64,000 nt of DNA from an uncultured cyanobacterium (GCA_963793425.1 CAWCAG010000009.1:192001-256000); one strand, 5' to 3'. Shown: positions 9,822-20,872, counted from the first letter of the stretch. The notes: a model not told the origin generated them from the sequence alone. Numbers and translations: made by a program.

Positions 9822-9864
9822 TTAGCAACTAGCAACTAGCAACTAGCAACTAGCCATTAGCAAT
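9822..9864. repeat. STRR heptamer array (TAGCAAC)
   Basis: Direct tandem repeat. Confidence 0.85.
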
Positions 9865-11285
9865 TACCCCTTTTGTTCTTTATAAATACTCTTAAAAATT
9901 CTTTGTTGCTTTTTATGTTCCACAATTGGGGCAGGATAATCACAATATTCTCTTTCTGAAGCAGGAATTTTACCTGTTACTAAATACTCTGGATCTAAAG
10001 AACTTAATTCCGTTACCCAGAAGCGAATATATTCTCCTTCAGGATCATATTTTTGTGTTTGACTGGCGGGGTTAAAAATTCTTAAAGGTTTCGGGTCCAT
10101 ACCACTAGAAGCACTCCACTGCCAACCACCATTATTAGCGGAAAGATCCCAATCATAAAGTTTTTGGGCAAAGTATTTTTCTCCCCAACGCCAGTCGATA
10201 ATTAAATCTTTAGTTAAAAAACTAGCCACAATCATACGACAACGGTTGTGCATCCAACCTGTTTCGTTTAATTGCCGCATCGCTGCATCGACGATGGGAT
10301 AACCGGTTTTTCCCTCACACCAAGCCTGAAAGTATTCTTCGTTATTATCCCAAGGAAAATACTCAAAGGTATCGCGATAAGGCCCTTCGGCTAACTCAGG
10401 AAAGAAATACATAACGTGTTGATAAAACTCTCGCCAAGCCAACTCTTTTTGCCAGGTTTCAATATTGCGTCTGCTTTCATCACTGCGACTAAGGTTGTAG
10501 GCATTAGCCGCAGTTTGCCAAACTTCCCGAATGCCAATAGCCCCAAACTTCAATGCCGCACTTAACATCGAAGTTCCATCAGTGGCAGGAAAATCCCGTT
10601 GTTCTTGATAGTCATTTAAGGCGCGATGGCTAAATTCGGCTAATCTATCTTTGGCAGCAGTTTCTCCTGGTTGCAAAGGAAGAGGATTTTCCCAAACAAA
10701 ACCCAAATCTTTGGCACTAGGAAGATTAATTGCTCCTAGTTCTTCTAAATCAGATTTTTCCTGTTTTGTCAACCCTTCCAGGTTAGCTAAAGTCTTTGTG
10801 ACTTCTGCCTTTTCTTGACTGTACCAATTCTTCCAAAAAGGACTATAAACCTTATAAGGATCTCCTCCTTTCGTCCTCACCTCTCCAGGGGCATGAAGAA
10901 GTTGATCCCAACTATTATGGGCCGCAATACCTTTTTCTTCTAAGGCTTCAGTAACCTTGGAATCGCGCCTTTTAGCATAGGGTTCCACATCCTGATTCCA
11001 GAATACAGCTTTGGAGTTGAGGGTAGTAGCTAATTGAGGAATAACCTGAACAGGATCACCTTTAAATATCAGTAATCGCCCCCCAGCTTCTTGATAGCGT
11101 TGCTGTAACTCTCGCAAGCAACCAATCAGATAAGTTACCCTAGCCGGAGCAACATCATCCCCTTCTAAGATACCAGGGTCAAGACAGAAAACCCCTACTA
11201 CGTTTGAACTTTGTTGACGGGCAGCCGCCAGCCCGACATTATCAGAAATACGTAAGTCGCGGCGATGCCAAAAGATGACGGACAT
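9864..11285 (-). CDS. phrA: Class I CPD DNA photolyase
   Basis: WHRRDLRISDN, ELAWREFY, GKTGYPIVDAAMRQLNETGWMHNRCRM, NNGGWQW, RIFNP. Confidence 0.95.
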   Translation of the reverse strand: MSVIFWHRRDLRISDNVGLAAARQQSSNVVGVFCLDPGILEGDDVAPARVTYLIGCLRELQQRYQEAGGRLLIFKGDPVQVIPQLATTLNSKAVFWNQDVEPYAKRRDSKVTEALEEKGIAAHNSWDQLLHAPGEVRTKGGDPYKVYSPFWKNWYSQEKAEVTKTLANLEGLTKQEKSDLEELGAINLPSAKDLGFVWENPLPLQPGETAAKDRLAEFSHRALNDYQEQRDFPATDGTSMLSAALKFGAIGIREVWQTAANAYNLSRSDESRRNIETWQKELAWREFYQHVMYFFPELAEGPYRDTFEYFPWDNNEEYFQAWCEGKTGYPIVDAAMRQLNETGWMHNRCRMIVASFLTKDLIIDWRWGEKYFAQKLYDWDLSANNGGWQWSASSGMDPKPLRIFNPASQTQKYDPEGEYIRFWVTELSSLDPEYLVTGKIPASEREYCDYPAPIVEHKKQQRIFKSIYKEQKG

Positions 11286-11353
11286 AAGCAAAATTTTCTT
11301 GCAAGTTGTTGAAAGTGTATTCTACATTTTAGGAAGATTATTTAGAGGAGGTA

Positions 11354-11728
11354 GTGATTTTGCAGCATTCGCAGAATTTACTAAATGTCAAGAAGCGAGA
11401 GGCAGCTACTACTGTTGGACGTGGCAAATCTGTCAAACTTGATCAGCAACTTACTTTCTCTACCTGGAATAATGAAAGTGTCTCTTTAAATCTTGGTGAC
11501 AGTCTTGAACATTACGATGGCTGGGAAAAGCCTACAATAATAGTTTCTGACGGTGGTTACGGTCTTTTGGGCTTTGAAGGAGATACATCAAACCATCTCG
11601 ATTTACCTGAGTGGTATGAACCCCATATTCAAGCTTGGTCAAAATTCGCCTTACCTAGTACAACCCTTTGGTTTTGGAATTCAGAAATCGGCTGGGCTGT
11701 GATACATCCCATACTAGAGAAATATTGA
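11354..11728 (+). pseudogene. N-terminal fragment of an N4/N6 site-specific DNA methyltransferase
   Basis: GDSLEHY...IIVSDGGYG (DPPY-like motif IV), WFWNSEIGWA; stops before a SAM-binding motif. Confidence 0.65.
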
Positions 11729-11760
11729 TCAGACTTATTTCTTTTACGGAGTGAAAAGAT

Positions 11761-12061
11761 TCAATCAAGTAGCTTATCAACACTCTCTTCTTTAATACCA
11801 AGATGTTTTCTTAAAGTGGATTTAATTAACTCGTTTTTACGACTAGCTAAAAGCTTATTCCATTGACTAACTTTCATACCAGAAAAATCTATTTCATAGA
11901 CACGTTTTTTGAAATTTTCAATTTCTGGATGTCTAATTCTATCTAGCTTGGCAAAATTAGTATCCAATCTGTACTTAAACCTTGTAATAAGTTCTCAAAG
12001 TATCCCCAGATAAATCAGCCAGATATTGAGATGCAAGCCTAATTACATCCTGTGTGTTCAT
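11761..12061 (-). pseudogene. Internally deleted putative restriction endonuclease
   Basis: ATG at 12061 gives MNTQDVIRLASQYLADLSGDTL; a different frame then reads ELITRFKYRLDTNFAKLDRIRHPEIENFK...*; adjacent to the MTase fragment. Confidence 0.45.
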
Positions 12062-12143
12062 GTTTTTTGATTATAAAAGGACTATAAACCTTGTAAGTCC
12101 TCCTTCAAGTGTATTTTTATTTTAGAATGCTATATGAATACTT

Positions 12144-12360
12144 TTAACTACGGAATTCCTGGGTTGGTAGAATCTCAAACTTCTCGAATTTCTGTAAGGG
12201 CCGCTCTTCAATAACCACTTTCTCAACTTGTGCCGCCGTTGATCCTTGATGAAACCACTGCACAATTTTGTCAACTTGCAGGCGATCGCCTTCTACCATA
12301 GCTTCTACACGACCGTCAGCCAAGTTACGAACCCAACCCTTTAAACCCAATGCCTGAGCT
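12144..12360 (-). pseudogene. acyP: Acylphosphatase lacking its N-terminus
   Basis: AQALGLKGWVRNLADGRVEAMVEG present; the GxVQGVGFR phosphate-binding loop is absent. Confidence 0.75.
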
Positions 12361-12480
12361 TTCAAAATTGAAAGATTGGCTGTATTAAAAGAAGCTAGGG
12401 GGCAAGGCATTGGTACAAAGTTAATGGCAAAAGCCTTGACTTTCCTGAGTGAACAAGGCTACGAAGAAGTAATTATCAGT
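12358..12480 (+). pseudogene. Internal fragment of a GNAT (ElaA/YjcF-like) acetyltransferase
   Basis: Hand translation FKIERLAVLKEARGQGIGTKLMAKALTFLSEQGYEEVII contains the acetyl-CoA motif RGQGIG; not in the ORF track. Confidence 0.7.
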
Positions 12481-12790
12481 CCTACATATAGAAAAAATAG
12501 CTCAAAAAGCTACCTGCACTAATTGCGGTGCAATAACTGAAAAACTCCATCAGAATAATCAGCTAACGATTAGAGATTTACCTTGGGCAACTCAACCAGT
12601 GTATCTCAAAATTAATCGTCGCCAAATGAGATGCTCGCAATGTGGCAAGAAATTTAATGAATTAGACTTGAGCGAAGAGCAAAAGATTAAATTGAACCAA
12701 GTCAATAAAGTCTCACCTCTTCTGGGTAAAATGCACAGATTAAAAGAGGAATTTAGAAATATATTTGAACAGAGCCAAGACTGGAAAGCT
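12479..12790 (+). mobile_element. ISL3-family transposase remnant, internally deleted
   Basis: KATCTNCGAITEKLHQNNQLTIRDLPW...YLKINRRQMRCSQCGKKF (zf-ISL3) joined directly to a C-terminal-type segment LSEEQKIKL...HRLKEEFRNIFE. Confidence 0.75.
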
Positions 12791-12901
12791 ATGTACCTCA
12801 TGTGGCTTAGAATTGCTATAACTAAACTCAAAGCTATAGCTAGCTTTGAGTTTAAAGGAGGCGAAAACCCTTTGTGAATAGGTACTCATTCCTCTATTAA
12901 C

Positions 12902-14410
12902 CTAACTTAAAACAACTTCCTTCTCCTCAACTGTTTCATGTTTCAAGGTTTTAAATAACTCAAACAAACGATCAGCCCAATACTGAACATCGTATTTAGT
13001 CACAGTTTGATACATCTTAGCCATCCCCTGCTGCTGTTCCTCAATGGGCATTGCTAGGGCGCGATTAATTGCTTCATCCATGCGATCAATGGAGTAAGGG
13101 TTAGTCAAAATTGCCTCTGGTAACTCTACTGCTGCCCCCACAAACTCCGACAGAACTAAAACCCCATCTTCCCCCTCATGGGTAACAATATACTCTTTAG
13201 CTACTAAATTAAGACCATCTCTTAAGGGAGTTGTCCAGCAAATATCTGCTGCCCGGTAATAACAAATTAATTCTGAGTAGGGAATAGGCTGGGTGAAAAG
13301 TAAAATTGGTGTCCAATTCAGTCGTGCAAAGCGGCCATTGATTTCCCCAGCTAATTGTTCAATTTGGCTTTGTGCCGTTTTATAAACTCGCATTCCCGCA
13401 GCCGCAGAAACACAAGTCATCACAAAGTTAATTTTACCATGTAAGTCAGGGCGACGTTCCAATAAACGGCTGTAGGCTTCTAACATCTCCCGATTACCTT
13501 TCACATAGTCTACACGACCCGCAGCAATAATGAGCTTGCGTCCATTCAACTCTTCTTTAATTTGGGACAGACGTGCTTGGGTTTTGCTTTGATGCAACAC
13601 CGACAAAATTTGCTGAGGATTTGTCCCCACAGGAAAAGCATCAACGTTAACTAACTGACCTTTATAACGAAGTTGAGTAGTTACTTCTGGTTCAGCTAAT
13701 GCTGTCCCTACAGGAGTCATATGTCCTGATACTGCCTCTTTTTTAACTACTTCTACTTCTCGCAAACTTCTGGCAATGCGGATAAAGTTTTGTGAATAGC
13801 GGGGAATGTGGAAACCAACAATATCACAGCAAAGTAAGCTATCGACAATCTGTTCTCGCCAAGGTAAAATGTTGAAAATATCCACCGAGGGAAAGGGGGT
13901 GTGGTGGAAAAAAGCAATGCGGGCATCGGGCTTAAGCTGGCGGATGTAGTGGGGAACTAACCAGAGATTGTAGTCATGTACCCAAATTAAAGCATCATCT
14001 GCTGCTTCTTCGCAGGCTGCTTCAGCAAAAAGGCGGTTGATGGTTTGAAAGTTTTCCCAGTCGGAAGATTCGTAGGTGAAGTGCCAGGGAAATGAGTGTA
14101 GGATTGGCCAGAAGGCTTCTTTGGAGGTAATATGATAGAAGTCCTTTACCTGTTCTGCATTCAACGGTATGCGTCTAACAGCGTAGTCACCATCATCTTC
14201 AACGGTAACTCGCTCTTGGAAATCCTCTTTTTGCTCCTCATCTAATTGTTTCCAAGCAATCCAAGTTCCCTGATTGACAGTAGCAAAAAAACTCTTTAAA
14301 GTTGGTACAATGCCATTAGGACTTTTTTTAGCTCGATAATGTATTTGTCCATTTTCTAGCACCTCATCATAGGGTTCACGATGGTAGAGAATGACAAGTG
14401 AAGATTTCAT
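12902..14410 (-). CDS. ggpS: Glucosylglycerol-phosphate synthase (GT20)
   Basis: MKSSLVILYHREPYDEV...KSPNGIVPTLKSFF, WVHDYNLWLVP, RVDYVKG, RDGLNLVAKEY. Confidence 0.93.
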   Translation of the reverse strand: MKSSLVILYHREPYDEVLENGQIHYRAKKSPNGIVPTLKSFFATVNQGTWIAWKQLDEEQKEDFQERVTVEDDGDYAVRRIPLNAEQVKDFYHITSKEAFWPILHSFPWHFTYESSDWENFQTINRLFAEAACEEAADDALIWVHDYNLWLVPHYIRQLKPDARIAFFHHTPFPSVDIFNILPWREQIVDSLLCCDIVGFHIPRYSQNFIRIARSLREVEVVKKEAVSGHMTPVGTALAEPEVTTQLRYKGQLVNVDAFPVGTNPQQILSVLHQSKTQARLSQIKEELNGRKLIIAAGRVDYVKGNREMLEAYSRLLERRPDLHGKINFVMTCVSAAAGMRVYKTAQSQIEQLAGEINGRFARLNWTPILLFTQPIPYSELICYYRAADICWTTPLRDGLNLVAKEYIVTHEGEDGVLVLSEFVGAAVELPEAILTNPYSIDRMDEAINRALAMPIEEQQQGMAKMYQTVTKYDVQYWADRLFELFKTLKHETVEEKEVVLS

Positions 14411-14469
14411 ATTATTTCTGTTGGTTTCTTGTTTGCGTTAATATTGTTGTGGTCAGTTAACTTACGGCG

Positions 14470-15211
14470 CTAACGACCATTAAGATACTTGCCATAGGTC
14501 TTTAAGCCGTCCCAAATTCCCGCAGTACCTTCATGGGGACTATGATAGACGTTATCCATAGTTTTGATCTTTTCTACGAGTTTGGGTTCGGCATTGCCGA
14601 CAGCAATACTCTTTAAACCTGTTTCAAATAGAGATAGATCATTGAGGGTATCGCCGGCAGGAATGACATTATCTGCATTGAGATGCAAAGCTTCAATGAA
14701 TTTGAGTAGGGTTGGTCCTTTGGAAATTCCCTTGGGCATCACATCCAGATAAATATCAGCCGAAAGAATACAGTCAAAGCCAGCCTGAGTGATTTTTTCT
14801 ACAGTGCTGGGCTGAAGTTCTTCTGGCTTATAATAATAAGAGACACGGCGTTCTGTCTTAACTGGTTGTAATTCAATACCTGGTTCTTGAGCCAACATCT
14901 CCTTAATTTTCTCGTTGGCATTCACCCCAAATCCTAGCTACCCAATCTTGTACCTGGGGCAAGGGTTTCAAGGTTTTGCCTTCAACAATGGTAGTTCCTA
15001 CATCACCAATAATATAGTCTGGGTGAGGGAAGTTAGGTTTTTGGCACAGTTGTTGAATAAAGTCTAAGTCCCTTCCAGTGACAAAAACCAAGAGTAAATC
15101 ATCTCGGTTATTTTGTAAGTATTCATAAAAATCACTACGCTGTTGGTCAGAACCGCCTAAAAATGTACCATCTAAATCAGTGGCTAGGACGAGAGAGTGG
15201 TTAGGATTCAT
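14470..15211 (-). CDS. HAD-IIB phosphatase, putative glucosylglycerol-phosphate phosphatase; apparent 1-bp frameshift near 14922
   Basis: LATDLDGTFLGG, FVTGR, LDVMPKGISKG, AGDTLND motifs split over the two overlapping ORFs 14903-15226 and 14470-14925. Confidence 0.8.
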
Positions 15212-15393
15212 CTTATCATTTATCATTTATCATTAAATATTTATCATTGCCACTCAATTGCTACGTTAGCATGAAGTCGCTTTTTATCAAATTACCTTCC
15301 CCAGATAATTGGTCAAAACCGTAGGGCAAAAAACAATGTACCTCATGCTGATGGGAATTACTTTAACTTTTAACTTTTGACTTTTAACTTGTT

Positions 15394-18300
15394 ATGCCCT
15401 TTGCCTCTCTTATTCGCAACCTCGAACGTTCTCCTTTAACCGCAGAATTGCTGTCGAAACTAAAAAAAGAGCGATCCCTCTTTTTAAATGGTATTCCTCG
15501 TTTGCCTAAAGGGTTAGTTGCTTCAGCTTTAGCATTTGCACAAGAGAAACATCTTTTGGTGGTTTGTGCAACCTTAGAAGAAGCTGGGCGCATGGCGACT
15601 CAATTAGAGGCAATGGGTTGGCAGACGGTAAATTTTTATCCCACCTCAGAAGCATCTCCCTACGAAGCTTTTAACCTTGAATCAGAAATGATTTGGGGAC
15701 AGATGCAAGTTCTTTCAGTGCTGATGACAAAACCAGATCAGAATATGGCGATTGTGGCAACGGAACGATCATTACAACCCCATTTACCTCCCCTAGAAGC
15801 TTTGCAGGATTACTATGTTAATTTGCAAGGGGGAACTAGTTATGAAACCAAAGCTTTAGAACGCCAGTTAGTTAAGTTGGGTTATGAACGAGTCTCTTTA
15901 GTAGAAACAGAGGGGCAGTGGAGTCGGCGCGGGGATTTGGTGGATGTTTTTCCTGTTTCGGCGGAACTACCTGTGCGTTTAGAGTGGTTTGGAGATGAGT
16001 TGGAGAAGATTCGGGAATTTGATCCTGTTACCCAACGTTCCCTTGATGTTATTGGACAGTTATTATTAACTCCAACTAGTTTTGCCCCCATTATTGCTGC
16101 GGAGTTGGGGGCAAGGGCAGATTTTCTAGCTTATCTTAACAGTGAAGAACAAGAAGCTTTAAATGAAGGAATTTTACCCAAGGGAATGCAGCGTTTTTTG
16201 GGGTTAGCTTATCATCCCCCAGCTTCTTTGCTAGATTATTTACCCACAGATACCTTAATCGCTTTTGATGAAATAGAACAATGTCGCGCCCATAGCGATC
16301 GCTGGGTGGAACACGCCGAAGAGATGAGGACTGAAAGCGATGTACCCAGGATTCATCGTTCCTTAGCTGAGTCTATCACCATTGCCCAAAAGTTTCCTAT
16401 TCTTTATTTATCAGAACTTGTCGAAGCTGATAGCGAGGGTTTAGATTTATCTAGTCGCCCCCTCCCGGTGACTCCCCACCAGTTTGGTAAATTAGCGGAT
16501 ATTCTCCGGGGTAAGAAAGAAATTTATAGCGGCATCACCTTAGATAAATATGACACCTGGTTAATTTCCGCCCAACCTTCTCGTTCTGTTGCCCTATTGC
16601 AAGAACATGACTGCCCTGCCCAGTTTGTTCCTAACCCCCGTGATTACCCTGCCATAGAAAGGTTGCATACTCAACATACTGCTGTGGCTTTGAAATATTC
16701 CGGTTTAGCAGAATTAGAAGGATTCGCTTTACCCACCTTCCGCCTTGCCCTTGTCACCGATAAAGAATTTTTTGGGCAACATAGTTTAGGAACCGCCAGT
16801 TATGTCCGTAAGCGTCGGCGGGCTGCTTCTAAACAAGTAGACTTAAACAAGCTACGCCCTGGGGATTATGTGGTGCATAAAAACCACGGTGTTGGTAAAT
16901 TCCTGAAGTTGGAAGCCTTAGCCAGCAGAGATTATTTAGTAATTCAGTATGCCGACGGTTTATTAAGGGTTCCTGCTGATAGCATCGAAGCACTTTCCCG
17001 CTTACCTCGTGGGAAAAATCCCCCAGAATTGAATAAAATGACGGGGAAGGTTTGGCACAAAATCAGAAACCGCGCCCGCAAAGCGATTAGAAAATTAGCG
17101 GTAGATTTGTTGGGTTTATATGCTAAGCGATCCCAACTCGAAGGCTATGCCTACCCCCCTGATTCTCCTTGGCAAGAAGAATTAGAAGACTCTTTCCCTT
17201 ACCAACCAACCCCGGATCAACTTAAGGCCGTACAGGATGTCAAAAGAGATTTAGAAAGCGATCGCCCCATGGATCGTTTAGTTTGTGGGGATGTGGGTTT
17301 TGGTAAAACCGAAGTGGCAATTCGGGCTATTTTCAAGGTAGTTACCGCCGGTAACAAACAAGTCGCCTTCCTCGCCCCCACCACCATTCTTACCCAGCAA
17401 CATTATCATACCCTCAAAGAAAGATTTGCCCCCTATCCCATTAATATTGGGTTATTAAACCGTTTCCGCAGCGCCTCAGAAAAGAAAGATATCCTGCAAC
17501 GTCTGGCGACAGGGGAATTAGATGTGGTGGTAGGAACCCAACAGCTTTTAGGTAAGAACGTTAAGTTCAAAAATTTAGGTATGTTGGTGGTAGATGAAGA
17601 ACAACGTTTTGGGGTTAATCAAAAAGAGAAAATTAAATCCTTAAAAACCCAAGTAGATGTACTCACCCTCACCGCAACCCCCATCCCCCGCACCCTCTAT
17701 ATGTCCCTCTCTGGCATCCGGGAAATGAGTCTCATTACTACTCCCCCTCCCTCACGCCGCCCCATTAAAACCCACCTTTCCTCCTATAACCCAGAAGCAA
17801 TTAGAACAGCGATTCGTAATGAATTAGATCGGGGGGGGCAGGTATTTTATGTAGTTCCTAGGGTAGAAGGTATTGAAGAACTAGCAGGGAGAATTAGGGA
17901 AATGGTTCCCAGCGCAAGAATTGCGATCGCCCACGGGCAAATGCCAGAAGCAGAGTTAGAAGTTACCATGCTAACTTTCAACAACGGTGATGCAGATATC
18001 TTAGTTTGCACTACCATCATTGAATCCGGCTTGGATATCCCCAGAGTTAATACTATTATTGTCGAAGATGCCCAAAAATTTGGTCTTTCTCAACTCTACC
18101 AATTACGGGGTAGGGTAGGGCGGGCAGGTATACAAGCCCATGCTTGGTTATTTTACCCCAAGAAAAACCAACTCTCCGAATCTGCCCGCAAGCGTTTACG
18201 AGCCTTACAAGAGTATACCCAACTAGGTTCTGGCTACCAACTAGCAATGCGGGATATGGAAATACGAGGTGTGGGTAGCTTATTGGGGGCAGAACAATCT

Positions 18301-18858
18301 GGGCAAATGAATATCGTCGGTTTTGATGCTTATATGGGGATGTTAACTGAAGCAATCCAAGAAATTCAAGGGCAAGAAATTCCCCAAGTAGAAGATACGC
18401 AAATCGACTTACAACTTACTGCTTTTATTCCTGCTGAATACATCGGTGATATCGAACAAAAAATGGTTGCTTACCGTACCCTTGCTACTGCTGATAGTCA
18501 AGAAGAGTTAGCGCAAATTGCCGCAGATTGGAGCGATCGCTACGGTGCAATTCCCCCAGCCGCCCAACAATTAGTTAGAATTATGGCTTTAAAACAAGTT
18601 GCCAAGTCTTTAGGTTTTTCTCGCATCAAACCAGAAGGTAAGCAACATATTATTTTGGAGACACCCATGGCAGAACCAGCATGGAAGTTATTAAAAGAAA
18701 ATCTACCTCAACATCTCCAATCTCGATTTGTTTATCAACAAAATAAAGTTGTGGTCAGAGGTTTAGGAGTGGCTAAACCAGCTAAACAGTTGGAGGATTT
18801 AATTGATTGGTTAGGTAAGATGCAAGGGGCTTTGCCGGAAGTTGTTATTGATAAGTAA
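15394..18858 (+). CDS. mfd: Transcription-repair coupling factor
   Basis: CarD-like [35 protein letters not shown]-terminal domain. Confidence 0.97.
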   Translation: MPFASLIRNLERSPLTAELLSKLKKERSLFLNGIPRLPKGLVASALAFAQEKHLLVVCATLEEAGRMATQLEAMGWQTVNFYPTSEASPYEAFNLESEMIWGQMQVLSVLMTKPDQNMAIVATERSLQPHLPPLEALQDYYVNLQGGTSYETKALERQLVKLGYERVSLVETEGQWSRRGDLVDVFPVSAELPVRLEWFGDELEKIREFDPVTQRSLDVIGQLLLTPTSFAPIIAAELGARADFLAYLNSEEQEALNEGILPKGMQRFLGLAYHPPASLLDYLPTDTLIAFDEIEQCRAHSDRWVEHAEEMRTESDVPRIHRSLAESITIAQKFPILYLSELVEADSEGLDLSSRPLPVTPHQFGKLADILRGKKEIYSGITLDKYDTWLISAQPSRSVALLQEHDCPAQFVPNPRDYPAIERLHTQHTAVALKYSGLAELEGFALPTFRLALVTDKEFFGQHSLGTASYVRKRRRAASKQVDLNKLRPGDYVVHKNHGVGKFLKLEALASRDYLVIQYADGLLRVPADSIEALSRLPRGKNPPELNKMTGKVWHKIRNRARKAIRKLAVDLLGLYAKRSQLEGYAYPPDSPWQEELEDSFPYQPTPDQLKAVQDVKRDLESDRPMDRLVCGDVGFGKTEVAIRAIFKVVTAGNKQVAFLAPTTILTQQHYHTLKERFAPYPINIGLLNRFRSASEKKDILQRLATGELDVVVGTQQLLGKNVKFKNLGMLVVDEEQRFGVNQKEKIKSLKTQVDVLTLTATPIPRTLYMSLSGIREMSLITTPPPSRRPIKTHLSSYNPEAIRTAIRNELDRGGQVFYVVPRVEGIEELAGRIREMVPSARIAIAHGQMPEAELEVTMLTFNNGDADILVCTTIIESGLDIPRVNTIIVEDAQKFGLSQLYQLRGRVGRAGIQAHAWLFYPKKNQLSESARKRLRALQEYTQLGSGYQLAMRDMEIRGVGSLLGAEQSGQMNIVGFDAYMGMLTEAIQEIQGQEIPQVEDTQIDLQLTAFIPAEYIGDIEQKMVAYRTLATADSQEELAQIAADWSDRYGAIPPAAQQLVRIMALKQVAKSLGFSRIKPEGKQHIILETPMAEPAWKLLKENLPQHLQSRFVYQQNKVVVRGLGVAKPAKQLEDLIDWLGKMQGALPEVVIDK

Positions 18859-18939
18859 TAAGTAATAAGTAATAAGTAATAAGTAATAAGTAATAAGTAA
18901 TAAGTAATAAGTAATAAGTAATAAGTAATAAGTAATAAG
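18856..18939. repeat. STRR array, 12 perfect copies of TAATAAG
   Basis: Fills the mfd-codA spacer, starting at the mfd stop codon. Confidence 0.95.
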
Positions 18940-18941
18940 TT

Positions 18942-20246
18942 TTGAGTTTTTCTGTGCTGGATCTAGATAAATATTGTTTGAGGGATGCTCGTATTCCTTT
19001 GTCACTGTTGCCAAGGGAAATAGCTGGGGGAACAGGAATAGAGGAAGGAGATTTTTGTTTAGTTGATTTAGTTGTTGAAAAAGGTGCGATCGCAGCTATT
19101 ACCCCTACTTCTCAAACTGTTGGTGATCTGCCTATTTATAACTTAAATAAAGGTATTGTACTACCCTGCTTTGTTGATCTTCATACTCATTTAGATAAAG
19201 GGCATATTTGGGCAAGAACTCCTAATCCTGATGGGACATTTAATAGTGCTGTTAGTGCTGCACAAATTGATGCTGAGAAATATTGGCAAGCAGAAGATGT
19301 TTATCGACGTATGGAGTTTAGCTTAAAGTGTAGTTATGTTCATGGCACGAAAGCAATTCGGACTCATATTGATTGTTTTGGTAAGCAAGGAGAAATTAGT
19401 TTAGCGGTCTTTCAAACCTTACAAAAAGAGTGGCAACATAAACTTATTCTTCAACCTGTTTCTTTAGTAACCCTAGATTATTATCAAACCCCCCCAGGCA
19501 TGAAGCTTGCTGATAAAATTGCTGAGATGGGAGGGATTTTAGGAGGAGTTGCTTATGTAAACCCGCAGTTAAAAGAACAACTTGATATTTTATTTACCTT
19601 AGCTAAAGAAAGGAGTCTGGATCTAGATTTACATACAGATGAAAACGATGATCCTAACTCCAACTGTTTACATCAAGTAGCAGAAATAGCCCTTAAACAT
19701 AACTTTCCTAACCAAATAGTTTGCGGACACTGTTGTAGTTTAGCTGTACAAAATGAGGCTGTTGTTCAAGCAACTTTAGACCTAGTTAAGAAAGCTAAAA
19801 TCGGGATAGTTAGCTTACCTTTATGCAACCTTTATTTGCAAGACAGACAGCAAAATAAAACTCCCTTTTGGCGCGGCATCACCAGCGTTAAAGAAATTAA
19901 TCACCATCATATTCCCCTCACCTTCGCTAGCGACAATTGCCGTGATTCTTTCTTTGCTTTCGGGGATCTTGATGTCTTAGAAGTGTTTAACCAAGCAGTC
20001 AGAATTGCTCAGTTAGATATCCCCTACGGTAATAGCATTGATACTGTGACAAAAACTGCTGCTGATTTAATGAAGTTACCCCAACTAGGAAGAATCAAAG
20101 TAGGATTGCCAGCAGATTTAATCTTATTTAAAGCTCGTAACTACAATGAATTACTAGCCCGTTCTCAACACGACAGAATAGTGTTGCGTCAAGGTAAAGC
20201 CACTACTGCAACCTTGCCTGATTATGAGGAATTAGATGATTTGTAG
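18942..20246 (+). CDS. codA: Cytosine deaminase-family amidohydrolase
   Basis: FVDLHTHLDKG, LDLHTDE, GHCCSL, ASDNCRD; start codon uncertain. Confidence 0.85.
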   Translation: MSFSVLDLDKYCLRDARIPLSLLPREIAGGTGIEEGDFCLVDLVVEKGAIAAITPTSQTVGDLPIYNLNKGIVLPCFVDLHTHLDKGHIWARTPNPDGTFNSAVSAAQIDAEKYWQAEDVYRRMEFSLKCSYVHGTKAIRTHIDCFGKQGEISLAVFQTLQKEWQHKLILQPVSLVTLDYYQTPPGMKLADKIAEMGGILGGVAYVNPQLKEQLDILFTLAKERSLDLDLHTDENDDPNSNCLHQVAEIALKHNFPNQIVCGHCCSLAVQNEAVVQATLDLVKKAKIGIVSLPLCNLYLQDRQQNKTPFWRGITSVKEINHHHIPLTFASDNCRDSFFAFGDLDVLEVFNQAVRIAQLDIPYGNSIDTVTKTAADLMKLPQLGRIKVGLPADLILFKARNYNELLARSQHDRIVLRQGKATTATLPDYEELDDL

Positions 20247-20494
20247 CTAAGAATTATTGAAGTACTTTATTGAAACTTGAAATCACTTCTTGTTTGTTAA
20301 GAATTTAATCGCATCTTGACGAATTTACCATTCTGTGGAAAGAGTGCCTGATGCGTCTTCGCTTATTTCTCGCAGTCACCCCAGCTCCCCAGCTCCCCAG
20401 CTCCCATCAGCTAGAAAATATCCTTCAGCACACCGCAAATTGCTATAAGTGAATAGAAGATGATCATAACTTGAGCAACTACAGGAGGGAATCA

Positions 20495-20872
20495 ATGAGC
20501 AACGACTATGACCGACGCAGAGAACAACTTCGCCTTGAAGAAGAAGAACGCCGTGCTGCGGTGGTAAATCGCAATGCTAGTTTAGTTAGGGTAGTACAAA
20601 TAATTTACTATTTAGTAGGAGCATTAGGGCTACTACTAATCATTCGTGTACTGCTACGCCTTTTTAATGCCAATACAGAAAACATCTTTGCCCAAATAAT
20701 CTATGGTCTTTCTAACCCTTTCGTCGCGCCTTTTTCCACTCTTTTCCCTACTCCTGGCTTAGGAGAATCATCAATATTTGAAATCAATGCCTTAATTGCG
20801 ATCGCCGCTTATTCAATCTTGGCTTGGTTGTTGGTACGTTTAATTTGGTTAGTTGGTAGTCGTTCCCGTTAA
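20495..20872 (+). CDS. YggT-family membrane protein
   Basis: AGGAGG SD upstream of the ATG; IRVLLRLFNAN...LSNPFVAPF; two TMs. Confidence 0.7.
   Translation: MSNDYDRRREQLRLEEEERRAAVVNRNASLVRVVQIIYYLVGALGLLLIIRVLLRLFNANTENIFAQIIYGLSNPFVAPFSTLFPTPGLGESSIFEINALIAIAAYSILAWLLVRLIWLVGSRSR

Noticed and set aside
18811..19014. ORF with LLITYY repeats
   Set aside because: Translation of the TAATAAG array, antisense to mfd and codA.
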